Shown: one piece after another, positions 1 to 9,453 of the stretch
Layout: each line of letters opens with the position of its first letter
How positions within the stretch are numbered: position 1 is the stretch's first letter
Origin: a virus
IMG/VR virus record: IMGVR_UViG_3300012005_000004
Coordinates: 1 to 64,000 of that record
Strand: one strand, 5' to 3'
Length of the DNA stretch: 64,000 nt
The notes under the pieces: generated by a model
Database searches by the model: none
The model's input: the letters and a program-made list of their open reading frames with translations, nothing else
What the model was told of the DNA's origin: nothing
Translations under genes and position numbers: made by a program

Positions 1-1
1 G

Positions 2-97
2 ATCAAGAGTGCGGACACTGCGATGTACCATGCCAAGGAAAGTGGACGCAACAATTACAAGTACTTCGATCAAAAATTTCATGAGGGACTACAATGA
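2..97 (+). CDS. 3' end of a GGDEF (diguanylate cyclase) domain protein, truncated by window edge
   Basis: Frame 2 reads IKSADTAMYHAKESGRNNYKYFDQKFHEGLQ*; AD.AMY.AK..GRN is the C-terminal GGDEF signature; no EAL domain follows. Confidence 0.85.
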   Translation: MKSADTAMYHAKESGRNNYKYFDQKFHEGLQ

Positions 98-116
98 GAC
101 TCATCATCTTAAACTT

Positions 117-146
117 GTGTACTTCTTGCGATAGCTGAGATATAAT
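117..146 (+). promoter_or_regulatory. Early-type promoter
   Basis: GTGTAC-N18-TATAAT; same geometry recurs about 15 times in window. Confidence 0.75.
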
Positions 147-185
147 AACTCTATCGACTGACTACATTAAATTATGGAGTAAGAC

Positions 186-383
186 ATGGAAATGGAACTC
201 AACGGCAACAAGCAAAATCTTCACCTTTCAGTTGAAGAAGCTCTTGACTTGATACAAAAGCTCACTAAATCCGTTTCTGGATCTCTCAAACATAACTCTT
301 CATCTTTCTCCGCAGCGGCTCCGATGTCTGTAGTTCCAGGGAAATACTTCCCTGGTGTACTCAACGTTACTGTAACTGTGTGA
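186..383 (+). CDS. Hypothetical protein
   Basis: GGAG SD upstream, first ORF after promoter. Confidence 0.7.
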   Translation: MEMELNGNKQNLHLSVEEALDLIQKLTKSVSGSLKHNSSSFSAAAPMSVVPGKYFPGVLNVTVTV

Positions 384-386
384 CAT

Positions 387-569
387 ATGCTTCTGAACAT
401 CATCAAAAATCTCTCTTGGCTTGACGGCCACACTCTCGATGAAGTGATCGCTGAGCTCCTGAAAGCTAAAGAGCAGTTTGGTGGAGCTGTTATCTTCGAC
501 ACCTCAGTTCGCATGGCAGAGTTCGGTGATGACAATGAAGCTTATATCACGTTGAGGAGAAACAAATGA
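387..569 (+). CDS. Hypothetical protein
   Basis: Tightly packed ORF, ATGA overlap with next gene. Confidence 0.65.
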   Translation: MLLNIIKNLSWLDGHTLDEVIAELLKAKEQFGGAVIFDTSVRMAEFGDDNEAYITLRRNK

Positions 570-982
570 GCACCATCAAAACTATCTTTTGGACTTACTT
601 CGGATTCTTCGCGACGGTTATCTTTCTGTCCTTTTTGCAAGGTGTAGTTTTCAAGCATGAAAAGGCTCCGACCGTCGTATCATCTCAATCATCTCCAGCT
701 GTCACGCACGCTAATCGTGACATTAAGTTAATTGGATTGGATTATGATCTTGCTCGGCAGAACCTCATCTCAGATGATTGGAAGCCAAATCCAGCAAAAG
801 ACTTGAGCATCGTAACCATCCGTGCCAAAGATATGATTCATGATGGGTATACCGAAACTCAAGACTGTGGATTAGCCGCAAACGCAGAATGCAGTTTTAG
901 CTTCAAGAAGGATAACATGACGATAGTTGTGTGGACTACTGGAAATGATCAGCTTCGAGTAACTTCGGTTGACGCAAAATGA
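566..982 (+). CDS. Membrane-anchored hypothetical protein
   Basis: N-terminal hydrophobic helix, Cys pair in C-terminal domain, GAGGAG SD. Confidence 0.7.
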   Translation: MSTIKTIFWTYFGFFATVIFLSFLQGVVFKHEKAPTVVSSQSSPAVTHANRDIKLIGLDYDLARQNLISDDWKPNPAKDLSIVTIRAKDMIHDGYTETQDCGLAANAECSFSFKKDNMTIVVWTTGNDQLRVTSVDAK

Positions 983-995
983 TAGGATAACGAAC

Positions 996-1463
996 ATGAA
1001 GACTTGGAATGACGTGCTCGACCGCTCTCGTTGGGGTAGCGGAGAATGGGATGGAGAGCCAGACAAGGCTCACTGGGTCTACAAGGGTCTAGATTGCCTT
1101 ATCGTACGCAATGACATGGGTAACCTATGCGGTTACGTTGGTGTGCCAGAGGGCCATCCAGATTTTGGAAAAGATACAGCTAAGGTCTGGGTTCACGGTG
1201 GTATTACGTTCGCTAGCAAGTGTTCTCCAAGCGGAGAGGCTGAAGAGTCGCGTCATGTTTGTCATCCTCAAGAAGGAGCTGCTAACGAAGTAGTGTGGTG
1301 GCTTGGGTTTGATTGTGCTCACCTCGGAGATAAGATTCCTGCAAGCAAGATGTTCGAGTTTGATGGTTGCATTTTTAATGATAGCGACAATTACAAGACA
1401 TTCTCCTTCGTTCAAAAAGAAGTTCAAAAGCTCGCTGATCAGCTAATAGAGGATAAGCCATGA
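996..1463 (+). CDS. Conserved phage hypothetical protein
   Basis: GNLCGYV..P..HP, VHGGITF, WWLGFDCAH motifs typical of a widespread phage family; ATG at 996 preferred. Confidence 0.75.
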   Translation: MKTWNDVLDRSRWGSGEWDGEPDKAHWVYKGLDCLIVRNDMGNLCGYVGVPEGHPDFGKDTAKVWVHGGITFASKCSPSGEAEESRHVCHPQEGAANEVVWWLGFDCAHLGDKIPASKMFEFDGCIFNDSDNYKTFSFVQKEVQKLADQLIEDKP

Positions 1464-1633
1464 AACTTTTATGTGTAATGTTCGGACATAAGTGTTTAGA
1501 AGATGCGACTGGCGGCTCCAAGTACATGGATATTCGACGAGGTCCTACTGATGGTATCGACCGAGTTCACTGTAAGCTTTATGCTCAGTGCCCGCGTTGT
1601 CAAGAAATGTATTTAGCGGTTTGGTACACTTGA
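1460..1633 (+). CDS. Small DUF1660-like Cys/His protein (57 aa, not in ORF track)
   Basis: MKLLCVMFGHK...CPRC; ATGA overlap with previous gene. Confidence 0.6.
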   Translation: MKLLCVMFGHKCLEDATGGSKYMDIRRGPTDGIDRVHCKLYAQCPRCQEMYLAVWYT

Positions 1634-1670
1634 CTAAAGATGCCGCCGCAATCCAATTCAAGGATCGCAA

Positions 1671-1874
1671 ATGAAAGCCCGCATTACCATTAGGATGCCC
1701 AATCATTGTCTTGAGAAAATCACGCTCGCCGCTTCGATGCTTGGAGTAACCGTCAATGAATTCATTCTCGAAGCCGCCTTAGCTAAGGCGGAAGAGGTTT
1801 TGGCACATGAAGAAATAACCATGAAGCTATTTGGTATGTGTAAGCTTCTTGATGGAGTTCCAGATGAAATTTGA
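1671..1874 (+). CDS. DUF1778 / TacA-like ribbon-helix-helix antitoxin-like protein (orphan)
   Basis: RITIR...KITLAASMLGVTVNEFILEAALAKAEEVL matches DUF1778 pattern. Confidence 0.7.
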   Translation: MKARITIRMPNHCLEKITLAASMLGVTVNEFILEAALAKAEEVLAHEEITMKLFGMCKLLDGVPDEI

Positions 1875-1886
1875 GATAGGAAAATA

Positions 1887-2330
1887 ATGAAAGCTGATGT
1901 TAAACAACTCTGGCTAGAAGCCCTCCCTAGGTACAAGCAAGCTAAGAAAGCTCTACGAGACAACGAAGATGGTTTTTGTTGTCTAGGTGTAGCTTGCGAT
2001 ATCTATAAAGAGTTCCATCAAGGTTCTAGATGGAGTGAACCTGATAATAATTTTCGAGATAATCATGGTGGCCTAGGAGTTGGGACACCGACGATTGATG
2101 TTATCAGATGGATGTTCGATGAAGAAGATATGCCTGGATTTCACCGCGGCCAGTTGATAAATCGAGAAATTGAGCTTCCATTTCATCCGAGAAAGTTTAG
2201 CAGGCTCGATGTTAATAGGGAAGATTTTTCTAATGACAAATCATTTGAGCAGTACGTGACTCTAGCTAGCGCCAACGATCACGGTTGTACGTTTGACCAG
2301 ATCGCCGACCTGATCAAACATTTCCTTTAA
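1887..2330 (+). CDS. Phage hypothetical protein
   Basis: FCCLGVACD and LASAND.G.TFDQIAD.I motifs common in phage ORFs. Confidence 0.7.
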   Translation: MKADVKQLWLEALPRYKQAKKALRDNEDGFCCLGVACDIYKEFHQGSRWSEPDNNFRDNHGGLGVGTPTIDVIRWMFDEEDMPGFHRGQLINREIELPFHPRKFSRLDVNREDFSNDKSFEQYVTLASANDHGCTFDQIADLIKHFL

Positions 2331-2692
2331 GCATCATCTGCATGACGGGTGAGGAAGTTAACTCTGATCTTTCTAGGATCAAAGTACTTCTTCACCACAT
2401 CTATTACGGTTTGATTGTCATACACCTTGCATGAAAACACATCAAAGTAAGCGGTTCCGTCTAGCTCCATGAAGTGTCCACAGATGTTTGACGTGGTGAT
2501 CAGCTGCATTAAGCTGTAACCTTGCTTAGGATCTCCTGGGAGCAAGTACTCGATGATCGGCTCGCCGTGAGCTGTCATGTCGATCTCTTTCACAAGCTCT
2601 TTGATGAAATTATAAAGCGTGTCGCGGCTAGCGATTCCATCGTTGCAACCTGAGCAATCAAGCATCAGGTGGTACCCCCAGTATCCAGACAT
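2327..2692 (-). CDS. speD: S-adenosylmethionine decarboxylase proenzyme (phage type)
   Basis: GYHLMLDC, GYS..QLITTSNICGHF (pyruvoyl-forming Ser), YFDVFSCK. Confidence 0.85.
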   Translation of the reverse strand: MSGYWGYHLMLDCSGCNDGIASRDTLYNFIKELVKEIDMTAHGEPIIEYLLPGDPKQGYSLMQLITTSNICGHFMELDGTAYFDVFSCKVYDNQTVIDVVKKYFDPRKIRVNFLTRHADDA

Positions 2693-2715
2693 AGCGTTTC
2701 CTTAAAGGTGAATAT

Positions 2716-3777
2716 TTAATCGTCTTGGTCGCCGAGGATGTAATTTACCCAGGTTGTTCGAGTGTTGATCCCGAACATCAACAAGTTTTGACGATTCCAA
2801 GCGCAGTAATATCCACGATTTTCCCAGAGCTGATTCAACTTTGAGAGGATATCAGCGCTAGAGGTAGGATCTGCGTAGATGGGATATGTCCAATTGATCT
2901 CGCTCGAGGTGAGAACCGGACAACCCACCGCGACCGCATCTGCAGCAACGATATTAAACGTTTCAGTAAATGAAACTTGCATGCAGACATCCATGCTACG
3001 AATGATGTCTAAAAATTCGTCATGTCCTGTCCAATTATGTTCGACAAGCTCATGCTTGGTGTGGGCGAACAACGCGCGCAAATTGTTCAACATACTTTGT
3101 CCGCTCAGCTCAACCCTACCTGCATTGATGTGAAAACGTAGAATCTTATGATGTTCTTTGGCCCAAGCGATCGCGGCCATAGCTTGCACCATGTGATTCT
3201 TCATCGGTCGAATAGCTCCGAAGCAACCAACATCATAGTAGCGATCGCTATTATTGGGACGGTGAGTAGCGACCTCTGGGACCGGATAGAAATTTGGCAA
3301 CAACGGAACCATCTCTTCGATGTCTTCTTCCTCGAAATCAGCGAGAGATTCACGAGCCATCATCCTTAACTCTTCGTTGATCCTCGGAGAGTTACCTGAA
3401 ACGATCACTCCCTTCGTAAGATACTTGAAGGTCCAATCGATCGCGATTCCCTCTTGGGCTAAGAATGGCATCTCACTATGACAGCGAACGATCCACTCGA
3501 CCTTCGGGTGTAGCGGCATCAGCTCATCAAATTTCTCAGGAATTACCCAGTATCCTTCAATGAAGACGTGAGTGGGTTTATACGCCGTGACTTCTCGGTC
3601 AATGTCATTGTTATCAACAACTACCACGACGTGTGAGTGAATGCCTTTGGTCTTCAGCATGTTAGCTACAAAAGTAGCTGAGTTGAACATACCTGTAGCG
3701 ACCTGCTTGTGATCAGCGTTTGGAATATCGGACGAGTAGTCCTGACGTTGCTTCAAGATAAAAAGTGCTCGTGCCAT
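2716..3777 (-). CDS. Glycosyltransferase, GT-B fold (GT4-like)
   Basis: FGAIRPMKN and QVSFTETFNIVAADAVAVGCPV motifs; start MARAL with AAGGA SD. Confidence 0.8.
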   Translation of the reverse strand: MARALFILKQRQDYSSDIPNADHKQVATGMFNSATFVANMLKTKGIHSHVVVVVDNNDIDREVTAYKPTHVFIEGYWVIPEKFDELMPLHPKVEWIVRCHSEMPFLAQEGIAIDWTFKYLTKGVIVSGNSPRINEELRMMARESLADFEEEDIEEMVPLLPNFYPVPEVATHRPNNSDRYYDVGCFGAIRPMKNHMVQAMAAIAWAKEHHKILRFHINAGRVELSGQSMLNNLRALFAHTKHELVEHNWTGHDEFLDIIRSMDVCMQVSFTETFNIVAADAVAVGCPVLTSSEINWTYPIYADPTSSADILSKLNQLWENRGYYCAWNRQNLLMFGINTRTTWVNYILGDQDD

Positions 3778-3787
3778 ATTGTTTCCT

Positions 3788-4222
3788 TTAGTTAGTGTCT
3801 TCTTTTTTCTTGAAGACGATATCATTAGTTTCTGGTGTAAAATTAACCTTCCTACGCTTGATCTTCGGCTTTGCGTTGATCGGGTAGGTGAACAGCTTTC
3901 CTATCACCCTTGATGTAGAGTTAAGGTTGAAGGTCTTCAAGATCTTACGGGCTACGTCGCTTTGTCCCAGCTTTGCGAATTCAAACGAAAGCGGATAACG
4001 ATCAGAGGCTCCGTAGAACCAGATCGTAGCAACAGAGAGGAACCAATCTTGGTTTACCCCCTCGGCGGCAAGTTGATCTAATACGTAAGCTTGGATATCA
4101 TCCTCAACTACGTTCTCGATCACCGTCAAGTATTTAACTCTTTTGTACTCGATCAGCGTAAGAAACTGGAGGTTTTGCGGTTCTTCCAAGCTTTCGAATA
4201 TCAATGGTGGTGCTTTGGCCAT
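3788..4222 (-). CDS. Hypothetical protein
   Basis: First gene of minus-strand operon behind ATAAATA box. Confidence 0.7.
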   Translation of the reverse strand: MAKAPPLIFESLEEPQNLQFLTLIEYKRVKYLTVIENVVEDDIQAYVLDQLAAEGVNQDWFLSVATIWFYGASDRYPLSFEFAKLGQSDVARKILKTFNLNSTSRVIGKLFTYPINAKPKIKRRKVNFTPETNDIVFKKKEDTN

Positions 4223-4252
4223 GTTTGTTCTCAATGTTATTGATTATGCTAC

Positions 4253-4259
4253 TATTTAT
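4253..4259 (-). promoter_or_regulatory. T4-type late promoter box
   Basis: ATAAATA on minus strand upstream of hyp-GT-speD operon. Confidence 0.55.
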
Positions 4260-4272
4260 CTCACCTTCTTTT

Positions 4273-4302
4273 GTTTACAATTGGAGCATCTTAGTTTAGA
4301 AT
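4273..4302 (+). promoter_or_regulatory. Early-type promoter
   Basis: GTTTAC-N18-TAGAAT. Confidence 0.7.
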
Positions 4303-4342
4303 TACATCTTCAAATCAAACATTCTTTGAGGATTCCAACCAA

Positions 4343-4669
4343 ATGGCAACTACCGCGCAAGTCATCGACTTTCTCAAATCTAAAGGATCCCAAGGAGCCG
4401 CTTACAGCGAGATCCAACGTTTCGTGGTTGAAGCTAATGGCCGCGATTATGATGTGCGCGACAGCGAAGGACGGCGCCTGTATCGTGGTTACTGGAGTAA
4501 TAGTCTATCTGGAAGCTCTACTTATGGAAAAACAGGACTGCTCGCCGAATATTGTGTCAAGGTTGGAAAGAACTATGTCCTCAAGAATGCTCCAGCCCAA
4601 GCTCTAGCTGCGGTCGCAAGCTTGGTTTCCACACCAACCCAAAAGCTGATGACGATTAAGGTTTCATAA
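4343..4669 (+). CDS. Hypothetical protein
   Basis: GAGGA SD, follows promoter. Confidence 0.7.
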   Translation: MATTAQVIDFLKSKGSQGAAYSEIQRFVVEANGRDYDVRDSEGRRLYRGYWSNSLSGSSTYGKTGLLAEYCVKVGKNYVLKNAPAQALAAVASLVSTPTQKLMTIKVS

Positions 4670-4903
4670 ATGACACCAAACACTAAGCTAGAAGTTGGAA
4701 CGTTAGTCCAGCTTAATTCAGAAACTTGCCGCAACCGTATGTTTGCCGCATGCATCATGACCGTCACCGAGCCGAAGCCATTTGGCGCCCAGGGTTACGT
4801 GCAATCTCTTGGAAGCAACGGTGAACCTGGTGGCCAAGCATACTACCGCGCCGAGTGGGTAGAGATGGAAGTTGTAGGTAAGGCCGAGTGGGTGGTAGAA
4901 TGA
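4670..4903 (+). CDS. Hypothetical protein
   Basis: Abuts upstream stop codon, ATGA overlap downstream. Confidence 0.7.
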   Translation: MTPNTKLEVGTLVQLNSETCRNRMFAACIMTVTEPKPFGAQGYVQSLGSNGEPGGQAYYRAEWVEMEVVGKAEWVVE

Positions 4904-5985
4904 AGAAGCTATTCACTGGGTTGTACGGCTCGAGCTTATACGGCACCAACGGTCCGGAGTCAGACCGTGACGTTCGGCACATCGTCTTACCTGACATCGA
5001 TGACCTATTGCTAGGTCGTAAGATCGTCACCGTCGAAAAGAAGACCAACCAGCAGAAGAACACCAAGAACACCAAGGATGACGTAGATGAAAAGTTCATT
5101 CCGCTTCAGGTTTTTGCTAATGAGTTTCTCAACGGACAAACTGAAGCGCTTGAGCTTGCCTTCTCGATAGAAGGAGATCACACCGAACAAACCTTCTACG
5201 GAGCCTTTGAGCTCCAGACTAAACTGGAGACGATGAAGTACTATCGTGATCGCGGAGACGATGCTCACCGCACCGCGTGGATGTTTCATCAGTTTGTTCT
5301 TGAGCTCCGCGAGAAGTTCTTAACGTCGAACATGAGATCGCTGGTCAGCTACGTCGTCAATCAATCCAAGCTCTATTCGCTCAAGGGAACTAGGCTGAAC
5401 GCCTGCCGTTCGCTTAGAGAGGTGCTAGAAGATATCGAAGAAGTTACCCCCGAAGCGACGCTCGGATCTTGCATGGAAACTCACAGTAGGCTTCTGTTCA
5501 TGGGGATCGAAGCTACATACCCATCTTGCTTTTCAATCGGAGATTATGATGCCTCCAACGAAAACAGAGCTCCATGTTTCAGGATCTTAGGGAAAGTTTT
5601 ACCGCACACCAACACGGTCCGTCACACGCTAGGAACCGTTGATACGTTGATCACCGGATATGGGGATCGCGTTAAAGAAGCCTCAAAGACCGAGGTAGAT
5701 TGGAAGGCGACGATGCACGCCATGAGAATCGTCGATGAAGGGATCGAGCTTCTGACCTACAAAAGGCTTCAATTCCCGCTACCACAAGCTCAAGTTGAAC
5801 GGCTCCTAAAAATTCGCCGTGGTGAAGAAGATATCGTCGACATCAAGGAAGAGTTCAATCGGAAGGTGGACCTCATCGCTGAGCTTGAGAAGGTATCTGA
5901 CATACACAAGTATTCAGAAGAGCTAAAATCAGAGTTCAACGTTTGGTTGACTCAGTGGTTGCATAAATTTTATGGAGTATCATGA
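4900..5985 (+). CDS. Pol-beta superfamily nucleotidyltransferase (RlaP/Nuc-transf-like)
   Basis: GSSLYGT..PESDRD (GS...DxD) and C-terminal DWKA.MHA.R helical domain. Confidence 0.8.
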   Translation: MKKLFTGLYGSSLYGTNGPESDRDVRHIVLPDIDDLLLGRKIVTVEKKTNQQKNTKNTKDDVDEKFIPLQVFANEFLNGQTEALELAFSIEGDHTEQTFYGAFELQTKLETMKYYRDRGDDAHRTAWMFHQFVLELREKFLTSNMRSLVSYVVNQSKLYSLKGTRLNACRSLREVLEDIEEVTPEATLGSCMETHSRLLFMGIEATYPSCFSIGDYDASNENRAPCFRILGKVLPHTNTVRHTLGTVDTLITGYGDRVKEASKTEVDWKATMHAMRIVDEGIELLTYKRLQFPLPQAQVERLLKIRRGEEDIVDIKEEFNRKVDLIAELEKVSDIHKYSEELKSEFNVWLTQWLHKFYGVS

Positions 5986-6191
5986 ACGTTGATATCAATG
6001 AGCTTAGAGAGCTAATGGCTCGCATCGATGAGATCAATAAGGTAGACATTGATCAGATAACCTGGATTGAAGATGGTAAAGTAGTCGAGATTAATCCCAT
6101 TACTAGGAAAAATTGGGAGTATTGTGGCTTATCAAACACGTGGTTTATCAAGACTGGAGCATACAAGGAACAAGATGAAAAACTTTTTTAA
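5982..6191 (+). CDS. Hypothetical protein
   Basis: GGAG SD, ATGA overlap. Confidence 0.65.
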   Translation: MNVDINELRELMARIDEINKVDIDQITWIEDGKVVEINPITRKNWEYCGLSNTWFIKTGAYKEQDEKLF

Positions 6192-6705
6192 ACGAGTTAA
6201 ACGTTTGTTTAGTAAAGAAATCATTCTGTTTGGCGATAAGCCGGTGAGCACCGAGAAAAATCAATTTATTCTTGGTAACCTTGATCGGGCTATCAGGTTG
6301 ATTGAATCTATCCCACAAGAGAAGATTAGCCTCTATGCTTTCAAGCAAGAAACATCTGATTGTGGAACCTTATTTTGTGCGGCTGGACACCTAGCCCAAG
6401 ATCCATATTTTATAGGTCTCGGCATGAAATTACAACTATTTGGAAAAACTTGGATAGTAATATCAACTAATGATAATTCATCTGATGATAATCTAAGTAA
6501 CTTATTTGGGCCTTGGGCTTTTGATACTTTATTTGCTCGCTACGGTGAAGGGCGTAGAGATAAGAGTTCCACCGATCTCTACCGGCTGTCGTTGGGTTCC
6601 GACTACCATCGGACATTTAAGAAACATATGTCTGACAAAGCTCTTTCATTAGCCAGGTTACGATTACAGCGCGATGAAATTGTTTCTCAACTTAATGGAG
6701 AATAA
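6175..6705 (+). CDS. Hypothetical protein
   Basis: CGTLFCAAG motif; AAGGA SD before ATG 6175. Confidence 0.65.
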   Translation: MKNFFKRVKRLFSKEIILFGDKPVSTEKNQFILGNLDRAIRLIESIPQEKISLYAFKQETSDCGTLFCAAGHLAQDPYFIGLGMKLQLFGKTWIVISTNDNSSDDNLSNLFGPWAFDTLFARYGEGRRDKSSTDLYRLSLGSDYHRTFKKHMSDKALSLARLRLQRDEIVSQLNGE

Positions 6706-6707
6706 TT

Positions 6708-6947
6708 ATGTTCAACGATGGAAAAGCTTACGTCACCGTCACCAGCGGTATGTCTGGTTTCTTTGCGGTTCACGTATGGTTAAATAAAACCGAAAAGAGC
6801 TTTGACAAAAAAGAAATACTTCCTCCATTCTGGGAGCCGTATGACACCGGTCTCGGACGATACCCTAATATAGAAGATGCTATCATCGAAGCTAAGGAGT
6901 GGGCTGCAGATCTAGGATTAAATTTTTATCTTCCTAACGATAAATGA
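6708..6947 (+). CDS. Hypothetical protein
   Basis: GGAG SD, operon packing. Confidence 0.65.
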   Translation: MFNDGKAYVTVTSGMSGFFAVHVWLNKTEKSFDKKEILPPFWEPYDTGLGRYPNIEDAIIEAKEWAADLGLNFYLPNDK

Positions 6948-7519
6948 AAATGGTTATAAGAGAGGTAGAGAGCATTCTCTACCTTTGTGGATTCTTTGGA
7001 CGTAGCGAGAGAGTAAACCTCGTTTCAGTAGCGATGATCATGCCCATGAACGAGAAAGAGATGAAAAAGATAGAATATATCTATGATAAGGTGCGAACGC
7101 TTCAGCTCCCCTGGTTTAGAGATCTAAGAGATCGAATGATCATCACTGGATCTTGGATAGATCGTTTCAATAAGAGACAATTCTACAAGATAGATGAAAA
7201 GCTTAATGATGTAATTGAATCATCTAGTTGGTTCAAGAAGATCTTCATGGACAAGCGTATTCCCAGAGATGTCCTTCGCGAAACGATGATCGATAAGACA
7301 GAGCTAGAAGCGATGATGCGCGAGGTTGAAAGGTTTATCGACTTCCTAGCCGATGTCGACCTTCGCTTCCCTATCTCTGAAGCTCAGTTTAACTTTATCT
7401 CTAGAAAGAATCCGAAGATAGAGCGTGATTTGCTTGAGATGAGGTTTAAAGATTACTTAAACCTCATTCATGAAACATCTTATCTCTGCGAACGTCGCTT
7501 AGAAGAAGTATCTTTTTAG
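6944..7519 (+). CDS. Hypothetical protein
   Basis: ATGA overlap, 191 aa ORF. Confidence 0.65.
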   Translation: MKMVIREVESILYLCGFFGRSERVNLVSVAMIMPMNEKEMKKIEYIYDKVRTLQLPWFRDLRDRMIITGSWIDRFNKRQFYKIDEKLNDVIESSSWFKKIFMDKRIPRDVLRETMIDKTELEAMMREVERFIDFLADVDLRFPISEAQFNFISRKNPKIERDLLEMRFKDYLNLIHETSYLCERRLEEVSF

Positions 7520-7582
7520 AGATAAGAGTGATATAATGAGCTCTAATAACTTATCAATGTTTTTCTATATCGGTGGGCTTGT

Positions 7583-7843
7583 ATGGATCTTGTGGATGTT
7601 TGCACCTTCTTCTCCGCGGTCTTTTATATCATCGCGCTTGTCTCTATGGTTCAATCATTTCATGAAAAAGCCTGCCAAGCCTCTATGAGGTCAGCGTGGA
7701 AGAAGATGACCGAACGAATGAGAGAAGCTAAGACTCACGAAGATCGGATGGAGGTCATCCAGTCTTGGAACATGTTCTTCACGTCGAGACCAGACGCGTT
7801 TAGAGAGCTTCACGGGGGAGATTATGCTGGCTTTTATGGTTAG
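7583..7843 (+). CDS. Hypothetical membrane protein
   Basis: N-terminal hydrophobic segment. Confidence 0.55.
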   Translation: MDLVDVCTFFSAVFYIIALVSMVQSFHEKACQASMRSAWKKMTERMREAKTHEDRMEVIQSWNMFFTSRPDAFRELHGGDYAGFYG

Positions 7844-8078
7844 AAGCATCCTAGCTCACTTTAGAAAGCCAGGTACTTATCTCGAGAATAAGCTTGCCAA
7901 GTATTCATGGTACCGACGGTTGGTCGGCGGCGAGTGGGCTTATGTTGATGGACATTGGCTAGAGTTCCACACTGATGGATACGTTATCGATGCTTGTGGT
8001 CGCAACTACTTTGGACATAAATTTAGAAGACACCAAGGTGTCATAGAGAAATACTCATTAACTAGGAGAAAGCTATGA
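7824..8078 (+). CDS. Hypothetical protein
   Basis: GGGGAG SD. Confidence 0.6.
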   Translation: MLAFMVRSILAHFRKPGTYLENKLAKYSWYRRLVGGEWAYVDGHWLEFHTDGYVIDACGRNYFGHKFRRHQGVIEKYSLTRRKL

Positions 8079-8371
8079 GTGAAGTACAATTGACAATCGC
8101 CAACTTTTCATATGAGAAGAATCCAGGTGAAATTTCTGATCGCAAGCTGCTTGTGCTCTCAAAGCCAGATGATTCGCTCTTTGGTCTTGAGATCAAGGAC
8201 AATGACCTGACGTCGATCAAGCCTATGATCGACTACCTGGTTGAGCGTACGGAGATGGACGCCAAGCTACAAGAGAAGTATGGAATCAAAAAGTCAGTCC
8301 TTCCATACAAGCGTTTCAAGCAAGAAAAGATCGGCAACTTGATCGAAAGTAACATCACCGTCAAGTCATGA
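8075..8371 (+). CDS. Hypothetical protein
   Basis: AGGAG SD, ATGA overlaps on both sides. Confidence 0.7.
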   Translation: MSEVQLTIANFSYEKNPGEISDRKLLVLSKPDDSLFGLEIKDNDLTSIKPMIDYLVERTEMDAKLQEKYGIKKSVLPYKRFKQEKIGNLIESNITVKS

Positions 8372-8577
8372 GAGTTACAACTACGAAGCTATCACAGCTC
8401 TCGAGTACTTGCAATCAAGTTACTCGAGTAGCTTCAATCGCTGAGCATCAAGACGTGGTGGCCCTGTCTAGAGTCGTCAACGAGCTTGTCAGCATCATTA
8501 CAGCCCATGAAGTAACTATTCAAACGATGCTCAAGAAAAATCTTGACATGGCAAAGCTTATCGACGACAAGAAGTGA
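8368..8577 (+). CDS. Hypothetical coiled-coil protein
   Basis: ATGA overlap. Confidence 0.6.
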   Translation: MRVTTTKLSQLSSTCNQVTRVASIAEHQDVVALSRVVNELVSIITAHEVTIQTMLKKNLDMAKLIDDKK

Positions 8578-8613
8578 CTTTGTATCTCCGCTGACACATT
8601 TTCACAAGTAACT

Positions 8614-8643
8614 GTTTACACACGTTAATGACTGTGTTAGTAT
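8614..8643 (+). promoter_or_regulatory. Early-type promoter
   Basis: GTTTAC-N18-TAGTAT. Confidence 0.65.
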
Positions 8644-8708
8644 GAATGTACTGTTTGGACTACAGCAGTACATTTTTCTTATCAATCTCACTTAATAACA
8701 AGGCAACA

Positions 8709-9452
8709 ATGAAATTGAAAATAGCTTCCGCACTGATTCTCGCCGCTATCGGTACTTCAGCATATGCGACGTGTCAATATACTCCGCAAGGATGCACTGC
8801 AGCTCCATCAACCTCTTCATCAACATCTTCGGCCACGGGTGGGAATTCTTCGTCAAACGCAGCTGGTGGAAATGGAGGTTCTGTACGCAACTCAGGAAAT
8901 TCAACCAACACCAATTCGCAAGATCAAGGCCAGAGCCAATATCAGAAACAGAAACAAACAGCTAATGGTGGAACCGCAAGCTCAAACGCCATTGGCGGGC
9001 AAGGCGGCCTCGGCGGCAGCGGAACTGGTGTTGGAAGTCAAGGACAATCTGTCAACGTCGAAGCTCAAAAGAGAGCAGCCGCCTCTGCGTTTGCAGCTCC
9101 GCTAACTAGCTCCAACGATACGTGTATGGGATCATCTACCGGGGCATTGCAGATGCCAGGCGTCGGTGTTTCTATCGGCTCAACCTGGACCGACAAAAAT
9201 TGCATGATGTTGAAAAATTCTCGTGAGATGTGGAACATGGGCCTTAAGGAGGCAGCTTTAGCTCGCATGTGTATGGATGCTGATAATAAAGAAGCGATCG
9301 AGCTCTCTGGGGTCCAGTGTCCAGCTCGCAAGAAAGATACATCTTCAGGATCGTCTGGTCCGTCAATGACTAACTCGGCTTCTTCGTCTGGGAATGGATA
9401 CACAGGGAATGATCCCATCGTTCAACGGCGGCTCGGTTTGAGGACTAATTAA
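8709..9452 (+). CDS. Secreted G/S/N/Q-rich protein with Cys-containing C-terminal domain
   Basis: Signal peptide MKLKIASALILAAIGTSAYA; low-complexity linker; DTCMGS...D.NC...MC.D domain. Confidence 0.75.
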   Translation: MKLKIASALILAAIGTSAYATCQYTPQGCTAAPSTSSSTSSATGGNSSSNAAGGNGGSVRNSGNSTNTNSQDQGQSQYQKQKQTANGGTASSNAIGGQGGLGGSGTGVGSQGQSVNVEAQKRAAASAFAAPLTSSNDTCMGSSTGALQMPGVGVSIGSTWTDKNCMMLKNSREMWNMGLKEAALARMCMDADNKEAIELSGVQCPARKKDTSSGSSGPSMTNSASSSGNGYTGNDPIVQRRLGLRTN

Positions 9453-9453
9453 G

